DNA of 64,000 bases, from assembly GCA_963827685.1 (NCBI GenBank), contig CAWHBU010000009.1:3357-67356 (forward strand), in the 5' to 3' direction. The notes below the pieces were generated by a model. The model did no database searches, was not told the DNA's origin, and was given only the letters and a program-made list of their open reading frames with translations. Positions 1 to 8,950 of the stretch are shown piece by piece. The position numbers and the translations under genes were made by a program. Numbering within the stretch: the stretch's first letter is position 1; every line of letters begins with the position of its first letter. The stretch is from an uncultured delta proteobacterium. GTDB taxonomy: Bacteria > Desulfobacterota > BSN033 > UBA1163.

Positions 1-282
1 AATCCGTATTATGCTCGCGGTAATGTGTTTGGATAGGGTAAACCCCTCGATATCCCCGAATTGAATGAGCCTCAAGGTTGCATTCCAGACTTTAATCGGC
101 GTAGGCACGAAGGGGGAATTCACCACCATTGCAACGGTCGTCCATAGGACCAAGGCGAAAAAGACATTGACCGTGTTGAAGGCGATGTCATGTTTTAGAA
201 TCTTATGGAGTGCGTTAGAAGGGGTTTTCGCCGCAACAGCGACCTTGCTTTCAACCACCTCTAGAGAAGGATTTTTTGCCAT
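1..282 (-). CDS. ABC transporter permease, NitT/TauT (SsuC/TauC-like) family. Only the N-terminal part is present; the gene runs off the left edge.
   Basis: Not in the ORF track because no stop lies in the window. A minus-strand ATG at 282-280 is preceded by GGAGGG. The translation MAKNPSLEVV...FFALVLWTTVAMVVNSPFVPTPIKVWNATLRLIQFGDIEGFTLSKHITASIIRI shows a TM helix followed by the P-x-P...H...S..R pattern of this permease family. It lies directly downstream of an SsuA/NMT1-like binding protein. Confidence 0.6.
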   Translation of the reverse strand, partial: MAKNPSLEVVESKVAVAAKTPSNALHKILKHDIAFNTVNVFFALVLWTTVAMVVNSPFVPTPIKVWNATLRLIQFGDIEGFTLSKHITASIIRI

Positions 283-342
283 TCGTCATTCCCTCCGTTC
301 CATCCAATACTTTTCAAATGTTGTACAAGGCAGTGAGAGATC

Positions 343-387
343 GATCATCCCTTTGCCCAGAGGAAGACCTGAGGCAAGGGAATGATC
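343..387 (-). promoter_or_regulatory. Intercistronic stem-loop between the binding-protein and permease genes
   Basis: GATCATCCCTTTGCC (343-357) pairs with GGCAAGGGAATGATC (373-387), about 14 bp with one bulge. It sits in the 117-nt gap after the binding-protein stop codon. Confidence 0.4.
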
Positions 388-399
388 GACAGTTACAGT

Positions 400-1416
400 C
401 TACCTCTTCACACCCTCTTTTTCCAATTTGGCGATGTAGCCGTCGCTCACTAATTTCTTCTCGAAAGATGTATCGTACATTGCATTCCACCAGGCATCCA
501 TGTTCGGCTTGATGGCATCCACCTCTATCTTTTTCGCATCCATGATCCCCTTCAAGAGGACTTTTGAGGTCTCCCCATTCACATAAAGCGGCCATGGATA
601 GATCATATTCCCGTAGGCCTCCTGCAAAACGTCTTCCTCCACGCCAGAGTATTTTGCGATGATCTTTAAAGCGGCCTCCTTGTGGTCCCTGATGTACTTG
701 GTGGCTCTTGCACTGACCTTCATAACCTTATAGATGGCATCCCTGTTCTGCTTGATGTATTTTGAGCTGGTCACTAATACGCAACACTGCTGGTCTGGAA
801 GAATCTGATCAGAAGTAAACAACCTTTTAAATCCTGCCATCTTCATGACCCGGGTTGGGTGGGGCTCGTAACACATAATCCCTTTCACCTCCTTGTTCTT
901 AGCAAAGATCGGCATATCGGTCGGTTTGATCGTCTCTTTTTTGACGGGGGTCTTATATTTCTCTTCCAACAGGGTGAGCAAGGTGTGGTGATTTGAACCA
1001 ATCCCGGGATTCCCTACGGGCAGGCCTTTCAGGTCTTCGAATTTCTTAATGCTTGGATCAACCACAAGGGAAGATCCACCGTGGTTCTGACTCCCGATGA
1101 TGATGACGTCAGTACCCGCTGCTCTGGCGATCATGGCCCCGGAGACTCCCGGAATCCCGATGTCCATTTCATTGGCTCCGAAGTGCTGCATCATGATCCC
1201 GGCCCCGGCGTATTGGAGCGGTACGACCTCTATCCCCTCCTCGGCAAAGTACCCTTTATCTATGCCAATCGGGAGGAAGTACTGGTGGAGTTGGTCTGAG
1301 ACCAGATATCCGATGCGCACTTTCTGTTTCTGTTGCGCGAAGGTCTCATCGGTCATGAAACAAAAGGCCGCTAAAACAAACATGATAAGAACCAGCAATA
1401 GTCTCTTTCTTTGCAT
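400..1416 (-). CDS. ABC transporter substrate-binding protein, NMT1/THI5 / SsuA-TauA-like (NitT/TauT family)
   Basis: 338-aa ORF with an N-terminal signal peptide (MQRKRLLLVLIMFVLAAFCF). The overall pattern matches SsuA/NMT1-like binding proteins. AGGAGG lies upstream of the ATG, and a cognate permease follows. Confidence 0.75.
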   Translation of the reverse strand: MQRKRLLLVLIMFVLAAFCFMTDETFAQQKQKVRIGYLVSDQLHQYFLPIGIDKGYFAEEGIEVVPLQYAGAGIMMQHFGANEMDIGIPGVSGAMIARAAGTDVIIIGSQNHGGSSLVVDPSIKKFEDLKGLPVGNPGIGSNHHTLLTLLEEKYKTPVKKETIKPTDMPIFAKNKEVKGIMCYEPHPTRVMKMAGFKRLFTSDQILPDQQCCVLVTSSKYIKQNRDAIYKVMKVSARATKYIRDHKEAALKIIAKYSGVEEDVLQEAYGNMIYPWPLYVNGETSKVLLKGIMDAKKIEVDAIKPNMDAWWNAMYDTSFEKKLVSDGYIAKLEKEGVKR

Positions 1417-1513
1417 AAGTCTATTCCTCCTTTTTAGTTTGGTGTCCGCCCTTAAATGTGCCCCGTTGCTCCTAATTTCCGACTATTAGCTTATTTAGGC
1501 TGAATGGTCTTTC

Positions 1514-1864
1514 TCAGAAGACTCGGGCCGCTTGAATCAAGACATTCGCCCCAAGGGCATCCCCAATAGATCCAGTGATAGTGACCTCTTTGGTGATAAA
1601 CGCCCCGATAATTGGTAAGTTCCCCATAAACAAGTCACTCACAGCCTTCTGACTTCCCTCGATAATCACATCCGCCTTAGGCATTTTTCCCCTTGCTACC
1701 TTTACAATCTTCGTCCCATCTACTGAAAAATAGAAGGGAATCTCCTTTTTGCCATTTTTGACAATGAACTGGATCGACTTCTTCCAGCCGGGAAATTCCG
1801 TGCCAATATCCACCTTTTTGTTAATTCTACGAATCTGAACTAAGAAATCTTTCTCTTCCATCAT
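1514..1864 (-). CDS. SCP2 sterol-carrier-like domain protein
   Basis: 116 aa. The C-terminal pattern GNLPIIGAFITKEVTITGSIGDALGANVL is typical of SCP-2/alkyl-sulfatase C-terminal-like lipid-binding domains. GAGGAG lies before the ATG. Confidence 0.6.
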   Translation of the reverse strand: MMEEKDFLVQIRRINKKVDIGTEFPGWKKSIQFIVKNGKKEIPFYFSVDGTKIVKVARGKMPKADVIIEGSQKAVSDLFMGNLPIIGAFITKEVTITGSIGDALGANVLIQAARVF

Positions 1865-1878
1865 GGCGCAAGCTCCTC

Positions 1879-2202
1879 TTAGGTTTTTTTGTAAATTTTC
1901 TTCGGTAGCCGGATCTTCTCAAGCGTTATCGTAATCGCTCCATCCTTGGACTTGGGACAGACCTCCGCACACCTCATGCATCCTGTACAAAGCGAGGGGA
2001 AGGTAGCAATTGGAATCCACTGTTTCGAATTCTCTGTATGCCCTTCCGCAATAGCCGTATAACAACGCAAGACGTGGGGAGCACAGGCCTGCAAGCACTT
2101 ACCGCAGTCCAGCGCTCCCAAACAGGCTTCCATATCGAACTCAATCCTCGGGTGCACCTTCTCATAGGTCTTAATTTCCATGTGTGAAAAACTCATTACC
2201 AT
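1879..2202 (-). CDS. Small ferredoxin-like Fe-S protein with cysteine clusters
   Basis: I chose the internal start MVMSFSHMEIK at 2202, where AGGAGG sits directly upstream and the start overlaps the stop of the upstream gene. Motifs are CGKCLQAC and CTGCMRCAEVCP. Confidence 0.6.
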   Translation of the reverse strand: MVMSFSHMEIKTYEKVHPRIEFDMEACLGALDCGKCLQACAPHVLRCYTAIAEGHTENSKQWIPIATFPSLCTGCMRCAEVCPKSKDGAITITLEKIRLPKKIYKKT

Positions 2203-3053
2203 ACCTCCTGCAATGTTGGGATTTTCTCTCGTTCTAACATCGTGATGGCGTCTGCCGGGCAAACCCTCATGCACTGGGCACAGCCAAAACACATTTCTTG
2301 TTTCAAAATGGCCTTCTCATAAGTGGGAGAATAGCTAATGGCTTTGAACTGGCAAACCTCGATGCACTCTTTGCACCCTGTGCACTTATCCAAATCCAAA
2401 CTGGCCACATAATGTCCTTTCTTTAGGATTCCGGTAATACCCCAATCCAGCCTCCACTGAAGCCAAACACAAACTGGATACTCGCAATTACATAATTTCG
2501 ACATGTAGGCTGGGGACCCGACATAAGAGGCATTGTGGCACAAACCGGCATCGGAACATTTCTCCAGGTGCTCCTTAGCCTCTTCTGCAGAAACCGTCTC
2601 GATCTTGTGCTCCTTCCAGATCCGTTCCGGATGTTCGTGGTACATGCTAGCATAAGCTGAGATCCCAAGGCAAAGGGTGTTTTCAGGGCTAATATATTTC
2701 CCACCCCTCTTGTACTTCCTGCAGGTGCAGGCCAATTTCACAAACCCCCCCTTCACATCCGCCACATCGCACATATCCTTGGCCTCATCCAAAGTAACAA
2801 TCTGTGAGGAATGATACTTGGAAAAACCTTCTTCCCAATCATTGTCTGCAAGCTTCTCCAGCCTCGGACTCAACCGGGTTTTAAGTTCGTCCACCTCACC
2901 GGAGACAGGTCCCCAGAGTTTGGCTTGAACGGTTCTGTAGTTTGCATTCCACTCTTTTAACCAGTCCTCCATTTCGTCAAACTTTCGAACGTAGTTTCTA
3001 ACCTCCATGTACCACTTCTTCCCCTTTCCATGCTCCGTGCACCATTCACACAT
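2196..3053 (-). CDS. 4Fe-4S dicluster domain protein, function unknown
   Basis: 285 aa. The N-terminus has a CEWC motif. The C-terminus has CTGCKECIEVC...CFGCAQCMRVCP, a 2x[4Fe-4S] ferredoxin motif. GGAAGGGAG lies upstream of the start. Confidence 0.65.
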   Translation of the reverse strand: MCEWCTEHGKGKKWYMEVRNYVRKFDEMEDWLKEWNANYRTVQAKLWGPVSGEVDELKTRLSPRLEKLADNDWEEGFSKYHSSQIVTLDEAKDMCDVADVKGGFVKLACTCRKYKRGGKYISPENTLCLGISAYASMYHEHPERIWKEHKIETVSAEEAKEHLEKCSDAGLCHNASYVGSPAYMSKLCNCEYPVCVWLQWRLDWGITGILKKGHYVASLDLDKCTGCKECIEVCQFKAISYSPTYEKAILKQEMCFGCAQCMRVCPADAITMLEREKIPTLQEVW

Positions 3054-3283
3054 ATTTTGCGCTCCCTTCCATGAGTTTTACATTAAGGTTTACATTGCCC
3101 CGAATACTTATCACCTACCAACTCATCTCCACGTCTCGATTAAACACACTTTCTCTCCCAAGTTGAGGAAAGCCTCCGTTTTCACCTCCTTTCTTCTGCC
3201 TAAAAACAGTCTCATTCCGACCTTTTGACTCGTTCCTGGCCGCGGGAGCCGTTCAGGGCAGTCCAATGTCTTACTTTCAGGCT

Positions 3284-3303
3284 AATTGTATACATATACA
3301 ATT
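3284..3303. promoter_or_regulatory. 20-bp palindrome AATTGTATA-CA-TATACAATT, a candidate operator
   Basis: Perfect 9-bp arms with a 2-nt spacer, in the divergent intergenic region between the Fe-S operon (minus) and chrA (plus). Confidence 0.3.
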
Positions 3304-3627
3304 TTTTGTCAAGCAAAAAATTCACCTCGGCCACTCCGAGTTTTCTTTTAAGTGAGTTTTCCTTGCCCATCCTACTTTTTTGATATCCAGGATTCCCTTG
3401 CCAAACCCTGAGAAGTGTCCTGAAATGCTTTAGTGCATAAGGGCTTGAAGACCGGCCTGGCCGAGTCGGCAGAAAGGCTTTGCTCCAAACGAGAAAGCAA
3501 ATCTTCAGCCACGGTTTCAACACAGGCTGAAAATCTGAAGTGACCTATTTTAATATGGGAATTCATGCTATTTAACGAAACGAATTTTTGCCCTGATCCT
3601 TAAGAGACCTCGACAGATGGTATAAGG

Positions 3628-4803
3628 GTGATGCCTTCACTAGGATTCCTATTTCTGAAAGTCCTTAGGTTAGGAGCAACAGCCTACGGCGGTCCGGGGA
3701 TGATCAGCCAAATCAAGGAAACATTTGTAAACAAATACCGCTGGGTAGAAGAAGGCGATTTCATGCGAGGGTTAGCCCTTTGCCAGTTGATCCCTGGTGC
3801 CACCATGGTCCAGATGGTGACCTATTCGAGCTATCGCATCAGAGGAGTGTGGGGGGCTGTCGTCGGAGCCCTTGCTTTTGTACTCCCCTCTTTTTTTGTC
3901 ATGCTCCTTCTCTCAGCGATCTATTTTAAGCTGCACGCCTTATATCTTATGCAAGCCCTCTTCAGAGGCTTAGGGGCCATTGTAGTCGCCATCGTCTTCA
4001 ATACTTGTATCACTTTTGGCAGAACCATACTAAAAGATTGGAAGACTCCTCTCATTTCTCTCGTATCCTTTGTTGGTTTTTTCATGAAGTGGAACATTCT
4101 CTTGATCTTCTTTTTAGCCGCTATATCTGGTCTTCTTCTCCGGCCCAAGACTTACCCCAAACCTGCTCCCTTTGGCGAAAGATCTTATGGCAGGTTGATC
4201 AGACGGAAGGAACTCCTTGCTCTCAGTATTCTTGCGGCATGTATCCTCGGAATTTTGGCGATCAGTTATGTGGTCGACCTCCGACTCGCGACGCTCTTTC
4301 TTAGCCTCACTAAGATTGGCGCCCTCGCATTCGGTGGCGGGTATACCGCTATCGCCTTGATCCAGTATGAAATGATTGACCGATCTCATTGGCTTGCTAC
4401 AAAGGAGTTTTTGGATGGCATTGCACTTGGCCAGGTGACCCCCGGTCCAGTGCTGATTACAGCCACGTTCGTCGGTTATAAGATCTCCGGCCTTTTAGGA
4501 GCCTTTATGGCCACCCTTGGAGCCTTTTTCCCTTCCTTCTTCATTCTCATTCTCTTAATTCCATATCACTATCGACTGGGCCAGGTGGAAAAGGTTCGGT
4601 TCATGGAACAGGGTGTTCTTGGCTCATTTGTTGGGATACTCGCTCTGGTCCTCTTTAATTTCGGAAGAGCCTCTTTCGTTGATATTCAAAGTATTCTAAT
4701 AGCGATTGGAGCTTTTTTCGCCATTCATAAAAAGATTGGCCTTCCCTACGTCCTCACTGTTGGCGCAGTTGTGTCCGTTATTGTTTTTGGTCTCTTGAAA
4801 TAA
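3628..4803 (+). CDS. chrA: Chromate transporter, CHR family
   Basis: 391 aa with a duplicated CHR domain. Motifs: GGPGMISQIKETFVNKYRWVEEGDF...LCQLIPGATMVQ and a second copy GGGYTAIALIQYEMIDRSHWLATKEFLDGIALGQVTPGPV. Confidence 0.85.
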   Translation: MMPSLGFLFLKVLRLGATAYGGPGMISQIKETFVNKYRWVEEGDFMRGLALCQLIPGATMVQMVTYSSYRIRGVWGAVVGALAFVLPSFFVMLLLSAIYFKLHALYLMQALFRGLGAIVVAIVFNTCITFGRTILKDWKTPLISLVSFVGFFMKWNILLIFFLAAISGLLLRPKTYPKPAPFGERSYGRLIRRKELLALSILAACILGILAISYVVDLRLATLFLSLTKIGALAFGGGYTAIALIQYEMIDRSHWLATKEFLDGIALGQVTPGPVLITATFVGYKISGLLGAFMATLGAFFPSFFILILLIPYHYRLGQVEKVRFMEQGVLGSFVGILALVLFNFGRASFVDIQSILIAIGAFFAIHKKIGLPYVLTVGAVVSVIVFGLLK

Positions 4804-5001
4804 GCCCTTCAATCCCATTTATGTTAAGGAAATTCTTCCGCACGCTTTGGCAGCTGGCCTCTGCGGGATATGGCCTGATAACATCGGCTCTTGTCGTCGT
4901 CTCACTCAGACCCTTCTCACTCCGGCTAGATCAGCCTGTGGGCTAAGGCGGGCCCGTTGGGTAGCCAGAAATACCATGAAAAACATACGATGAAAAAGGG
5001 C

Positions 5002-5030
5002 TTGACTCCTCTCCCTCTTTTTAGTACAGT
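5002..5030 (+). promoter_or_regulatory. Candidate sigma70-type promoter: TTGACT, 17-nt spacer, TACAGT
   Basis: -35 at 5002-5007 and -10 at 5025-5030. This would give a leader of about 170 nt ahead of the 5205 gene. Confidence 0.35.
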
Positions 5031-5204
5031 CCTTACTCAAGATACCCTTGGGTAGAGACATTTAACAAAAGTCTAATTATATGTTTTCGGCAATAAGGAA
5101 AAGATGAGTCAAGGGAGGTGAAAAAAGCGTCAATGTGAAGTTAAAGGAAGCTGGGGAAGCGATTTTGTGGTGTTCGCCATGAATTTTAAAAAGGGGGTGC
5201 AAGA

Positions 5205-6650
5205 ATGGAAGTCAAGAAAAAACCGTTAACTGAAGACTGGCTATCTCTATGGATTGGTCTCATCATCTTTGTTCTATCTCTCGGGGTGTTCGTAGGAGCT
5301 GATCTCCTAGGATTTGGGGTAACAACAGGAATATATACTAGCTTATCAAAGGCGTTGAAGCCTATATCTAAAGCGTATGCCGGTCTGGGAGGGATAGGAT
5401 CTTTAATTGTGAGCTATCTTTTCTTGCTTGTTGTTATGACAATCGGCGCAGCAGCTTTAAAGGCCAATGTTAAGAAGTTTATCGTTGGCTTCACCTTAGT
5501 ATTTTGGATAAGCTACATTTGCTGGATTATAGGAAGTTGGGCCAATATAGCGGTTAACACACCCGGGGATATGAAAAAATTTGGAATTACATGGTCTTTG
5601 AAACTGACAGCAGAGGGGGGGTTCATCGTTGCCCTGGTTGTCGGTCTTCTTATTGGTAATTTTTTCCCTAAATTTACAGAGACGATCAAGGAGGGTGTAA
5701 GGCCTGAATTGTATATCAAGACCGCCATTGTTATTCTGGGTGGATTTTTGGGTGTCATAGCAGCTGAAAAGTTAGGGCTCGCCACGGCAGTGATGTTCAG
5801 GGGAATATGCGCGATTATTGAAGCCTATCTCATTTATTGGGCACTTGTGTACCTCGTCGCGAGGAAATATTTCAAATTTAGCAGAGAATGGGCAGCGCCT
5901 CTTGCATCGGGTATCTCCATTTGTGGAGTATCAGCGGCAATAGCAACTGGAGGAGCAATAAGGGCAAGGCCCGTCGTTCCTATCATGGTGTCTTCGCTGG
6001 TTGTTATCTTCGCAGTGGTTGAGCTTTTAATCCTTCCGTTTCTTGCGAATACTTTCCTCTGGAAAGAACCCATGGTCGCAGGGGCATGGATGGGACTTGC
6101 CGTTAAGACCGATGGCGCTGCTGTTGCCAGCGGGGCTATCACTGATTCTCTTATAAGAGCAACAGCACTGGCAAACAGTGGTGTAAACTACAAAGAAGGG
6201 TGGATAATGGGAGCTGCCACAACAGTAAAGGTCTTCATTGACATTTTTATCGGTATCTGGGCGTTTGTTCTCGCATGGATATGGACTTCCAAAATTGAGG
6301 CGAGGCCTGGGGAAAAGGTTGGTGGGGGTGTGATATGGGAGAGATTCCCCAAGTTTGTTATTGGCTATGTGATCACATTCCTCGTGATTCTGTTTATTTG
6401 CCTGGGTTCTCCTGGTTTGATACCTAAGGCAAAGGCAGCGATGGGTGAAGCTAACCTCTTCAGGGGGATATTTTTCACTTTGACCTTTTTCACCATTGGG
6501 TTGGTGTCTAATTTCAAGAAGCTCTGGGAAGAAGGCATAGGTAAATTAGCGGCCGTTTATCTGTTATGCCTCTTTGGGTTTATCATCTGGATAGGGTTAT
6601 TTATTTCATGGATATTTTTCCATGGGGTGAAACCTCCTCTGGTAGGATAG
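5205..6650 (+). CDS. Polytopic membrane transporter, YeiH/UPF0324 (putative sulfate exporter)-like
   Basis: 481 aa with many TM helices. The motif SGISICGVSAAIATGGAI resembles the conserved ICG-SA segment of the YeiH family. It is longer than typical family members. Confidence 0.5.
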   Translation: MEVKKKPLTEDWLSLWIGLIIFVLSLGVFVGADLLGFGVTTGIYTSLSKALKPISKAYAGLGGIGSLIVSYLFLLVVMTIGAAALKANVKKFIVGFTLVFWISYICWIIGSWANIAVNTPGDMKKFGITWSLKLTAEGGFIVALVVGLLIGNFFPKFTETIKEGVRPELYIKTAIVILGGFLGVIAAEKLGLATAVMFRGICAIIEAYLIYWALVYLVARKYFKFSREWAAPLASGISICGVSAAIATGGAIRARPVVPIMVSSLVVIFAVVELLILPFLANTFLWKEPMVAGAWMGLAVKTDGAAVASGAITDSLIRATALANSGVNYKEGWIMGAATTVKVFIDIFIGIWAFVLAWIWTSKIEARPGEKVGGGVIWERFPKFVIGYVITFLVILFICLGSPGLIPKAKAAMGEANLFRGIFFTLTFFTIGLVSNFKKLWEEGIGKLAAVYLLCLFGFIIWIGLFISWIFFHGVKPPLVG

Positions 6651-6740
6651 AGGAGAAAAGTACTCTAAGTAATGTTGAATTGGAAATGATCAATTTTAGA
6701 ATTTCTATTCTGCGATGGAGCTAAAAAGAAGGAGGTATTT

Positions 6741-6896
6741 ATGCCCGAACAACCAAAAGTAGCAGAAGAGATGAAGAAGATCGAGTATGAACCTTTGCTT
6801 CCTATAGAGAAAAAGCTTATTGGATGGAGTATCGGCTTAGGTATTGTCCTGCTGGGAATACTGATCTTCATAAGCTACACATTCTTCCCAGGATAA
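6741..6896 (+). CDS. Small 51-aa membrane protein, below the ORF-track size cutoff
   Basis: AAGGAGG lies 6 nt upstream of the ATG at 6741. Translation: MPEQPKVAEEMKKIEYEPLLPIEKKLIGWSIGLGIVLLGILIFISYTFFPG, with one C-terminal TM helix. It is followed by a strong hairpin. Confidence 0.45.
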   Translation: MPEQPKVAEEMKKIEYEPLLPIEKKLIGWSIGLGIVLLGILIFISYTFFPG

Positions 6897-6918
6897 GAAT
6901 AAGAATTTTCATTTTGAA

Positions 6919-6965
6919 GGGGTGAAGACCCTGAACCCTTCTTAACGATTTGGAGTCTTCACCCC
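6919..6965. terminator. Bidirectional hairpin between convergent genes
   Basis: GGGGTGAAGAC (6919-6929) pairs with GTCTTCACCCC (6955-6965), a perfect 11-bp stem. It is flanked by an outer inverted repeat TTTTCATTTT / AAAATGAAAA. Confidence 0.5.
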
Positions 6966-6990
6966 TAAGGATTGGAAAATGAAAATAGTT

Positions 6991-8091
6991 TCAAAAACTG
7001 AGAATTTTGTGGCAGGTCTTGCAGGGTTCGGGAGGTTCGGGAAGTGCAGTGTTCTCGAAATCTAATAGGCTGCTGTTCCATAGCGATTGGTTTAGCTCTC
7101 TAACCTTTCTTTCCCTCTGGATAAAACAATCTCTGAAGTTCACGTAACTCTCGCTATTCCATATCGCAGAGAATGGATCTTTGAAGATGTTGCCAAAGCT
7201 CACCTTCTTGATGCAGTATTCATTTCCACAAAAGATCCGGTTAAATGGCGAAGGGAGGGGTGGGTAGAGATAGACGCAGGGTGAAACCTCTCCGTCTGTA
7301 GAGATGTAAAGATTTCCTAAGGGGTTTTCCTCACACACGGGTACGTCGACAGCAGATAGAGATGGCCTCTTCAATCTAATGCCGAACTTCCGGGCATCTG
7401 TCTCTGCCAGTTTTTCGATCCTTTCATACTCATTCTCTTCATTCCCACAGGCAAACACCCTTTGTTGTTCCTGCCAGGCATTAGTTACATGGATAAGGTT
7501 TATCAGAATGACCTCTTCAATCCCTGTTTCTTTGGCAAAAGAGGGGACCGAGGGGACCTCTTGGATATTTCCTTTGACCATGAGAAACACGAGGTGTATT
7601 TTGGGCCGAAGGAGTCCCTGGCGCGCTTTCGCCTCCTGAAAAAGACGAACAGCACTAAGGACTTCTGGAAGATGTGAGTTGACCCGGATGGCATCGTGTG
7701 TTTCCGGGGTTGTCCCCGAGATCGAGAAACCTACAAAGTCAAGCCCTGCTTCAATGAGTTCAGCCACCCGATTCTCCGTCAATCCCATGCCGCTGGTCAC
7801 GAATCCCACCTGAGGCCCCTCCTTCTTAACAAGCTTAATGCATTGAGAAAGATCTTTGTGAAGCAGGGATTCACCCCAACCTTCGAGAAGAACGGTTTCA
7901 ACCTCTTTCAAGTAAGGAAGAAGTTTTTTGAAATCCTGAAGAGACATATCCTGGGATTGCCAGTCAGCGCTTTCTGTGCGGATGCACATCTTGCATCGGA
8001 GGGGGCATCGAGTTGTCAATTCAATCTGCCATGCTGAAAAGGGTCTCCTCTTTCTTCTTCGCAGGAACTTGCCAAAAATCTTTTCAATCAT
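6991..8091 (-). CDS. Radical SAM protein with a C-terminal SPASM-type domain
   Basis: 366 aa. CPLRCKMC (CX3CX2C) lies near the N-terminus. The C-terminal Cys-rich region (PVCEENPLGNLYISTDGEVSPC...FCGNEYC...PEPCKTCH) fits a SPASM/twitch auxiliary-cluster domain. Confidence 0.75.
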   Translation of the reverse strand: MIEKIFGKFLRRRKRRPFSAWQIELTTRCPLRCKMCIRTESADWQSQDMSLQDFKKLLPYLKEVETVLLEGWGESLLHKDLSQCIKLVKKEGPQVGFVTSGMGLTENRVAELIEAGLDFVGFSISGTTPETHDAIRVNSHLPEVLSAVRLFQEAKARQGLLRPKIHLVFLMVKGNIQEVPSVPSFAKETGIEEVILINLIHVTNAWQEQQRVFACGNEENEYERIEKLAETDARKFGIRLKRPSLSAVDVPVCEENPLGNLYISTDGEVSPCVYLYPPLPSPFNRIFCGNEYCIKKVSFGNIFKDPFSAIWNSESYVNFRDCFIQRERKVRELNQSLWNSSLLDFENTALPEPPEPCKTCHKILSF

Positions 8092-8211
8092 TGAACCTAT
8101 AGCTTCTGAAGAAGGGTCTCCAGATTCTCCTTTCTTGAGGGATGATAGAGGCAGAATTCATAGTTGAGGAATGGAATGCCGCCCCACTTTTCCTTAAATC
8201 TTCGTATTCCA

Positions 8212-8790
8212 TCATTCACTCACAAAAAAGGCACAGAGTTTCCCATTCTTATCCCGCGCATTGAGAACGCATGAGGTTGACGCATGGGCAACGTAATCGG
8301 GCATGGCACGGTAAAGTTCTCTCAGCCTGTGTGGCAATTTTTCTCTCTTCAGGAGTTCTGAGATGAGCGCTTCATGTTCCTTAGAAATAGAGTGACCCCT
8401 TTCAACGATTAATTCTTTAGAGGCTTTATCAGTCACCCGTTGGAGAGAAGGCTTCAGTTTTGTCTGATTGAGGTCAAACTTGTAGTATTGGTCTGTTTGC
8501 CTTTCTTTACAGGATCCCTGAAGAGAAGGGGGGATCTCAGGTCCGATGAACCAGAGGTACTCAAGTCGGAATGTTTCGACAGCTTGTTTCAAAATCCTCT
8601 CACATCTTTCCTGAGAAAAATTCCCTTCGAGTGGATACCCCACAAGGATGAGCCAGTTGTCCTTTACAAAAACCAAATGTTCCTCTTTGAGAAAGGGTTC
8701 ACCTTTCGAAATAGGGACCATGAGGTTCAAAATGTGTTCTGGAACATAGGCCCTTTCCAAGACGTATGCTTCCTCTTCAAGGGTAATCAT
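8212..8790 (-). CDS. Hypothetical GNAT-fold (FemAB/DUF2156-like) protein. An apparent frameshift lies near the 3' end.
   Basis: 192-aa ORF ending ...GKLCAFFVSE. The adjacent frame continues with VNDGIRRFKEKWGGIPFLNYEFCLYHPSRKENLETLLQKL down to a TAG at 8097-8099, which is 5 nt before the radical SAM ATG. G-[IL]-R-x-F-K-x-K-[WF] is the C-terminal signature of FemAB/DUF2156-type acyltransferases. Confidence 0.4.
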   Translation of the reverse strand: MITLEEEAYVLERAYVPEHILNLMVPISKGEPFLKEEHLVFVKDNWLILVGYPLEGNFSQERCERILKQAVETFRLEYLWFIGPEIPPSLQGSCKERQTDQYYKFDLNQTKLKPSLQRVTDKASKELIVERGHSISKEHEALISELLKREKLPHRLRELYRAMPDYVAHASTSCVLNARDKNGKLCAFFVSE

Positions 8791-8909
8791 TTTTCCCCCT
8801 GCCTTATAGGGCTCATTTTACCTCAGTCTTATGCAAATTTCTAAAAGATTTTGAAACCCGCAACCACTCTGCAAATCATCAATGATGACCCAACGGAATG
8901 TCCATTTGT

Positions 8910-8948
8910 AAAAAAAGGTTAACCCATTCGAGTTAACCCTTTTTATTT
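8910..8948 (-). terminator. Rho-independent terminator after tRNA-Ala
   Basis: GGTTAAC (8917-8923) pairs with GTTAACC (8932-8938). T/A runs flank both sides, and on the minus strand the hairpin is followed by TTTTTTT. Confidence 0.6.
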
Positions 8949-8950
8949 TC

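Noticed and set aside
65-595. Track ORFs 65-385 (+), 276-512 (+) and 314-595 (-)
   Set aside because: They overlap the minus-strand permease N-terminus (1-282) and the 3' end of the binding-protein gene. They have no motifs and odd composition.
4821-4946. 41-codon ORF MLRKFFRTLWQLASAGYGLITSALVVVSLRPFSLRLDQPVG downstream of chrA
   Set aside because: It has no ribosome-binding site and no recognisable family. It could be real, but the sequence alone does not support it.
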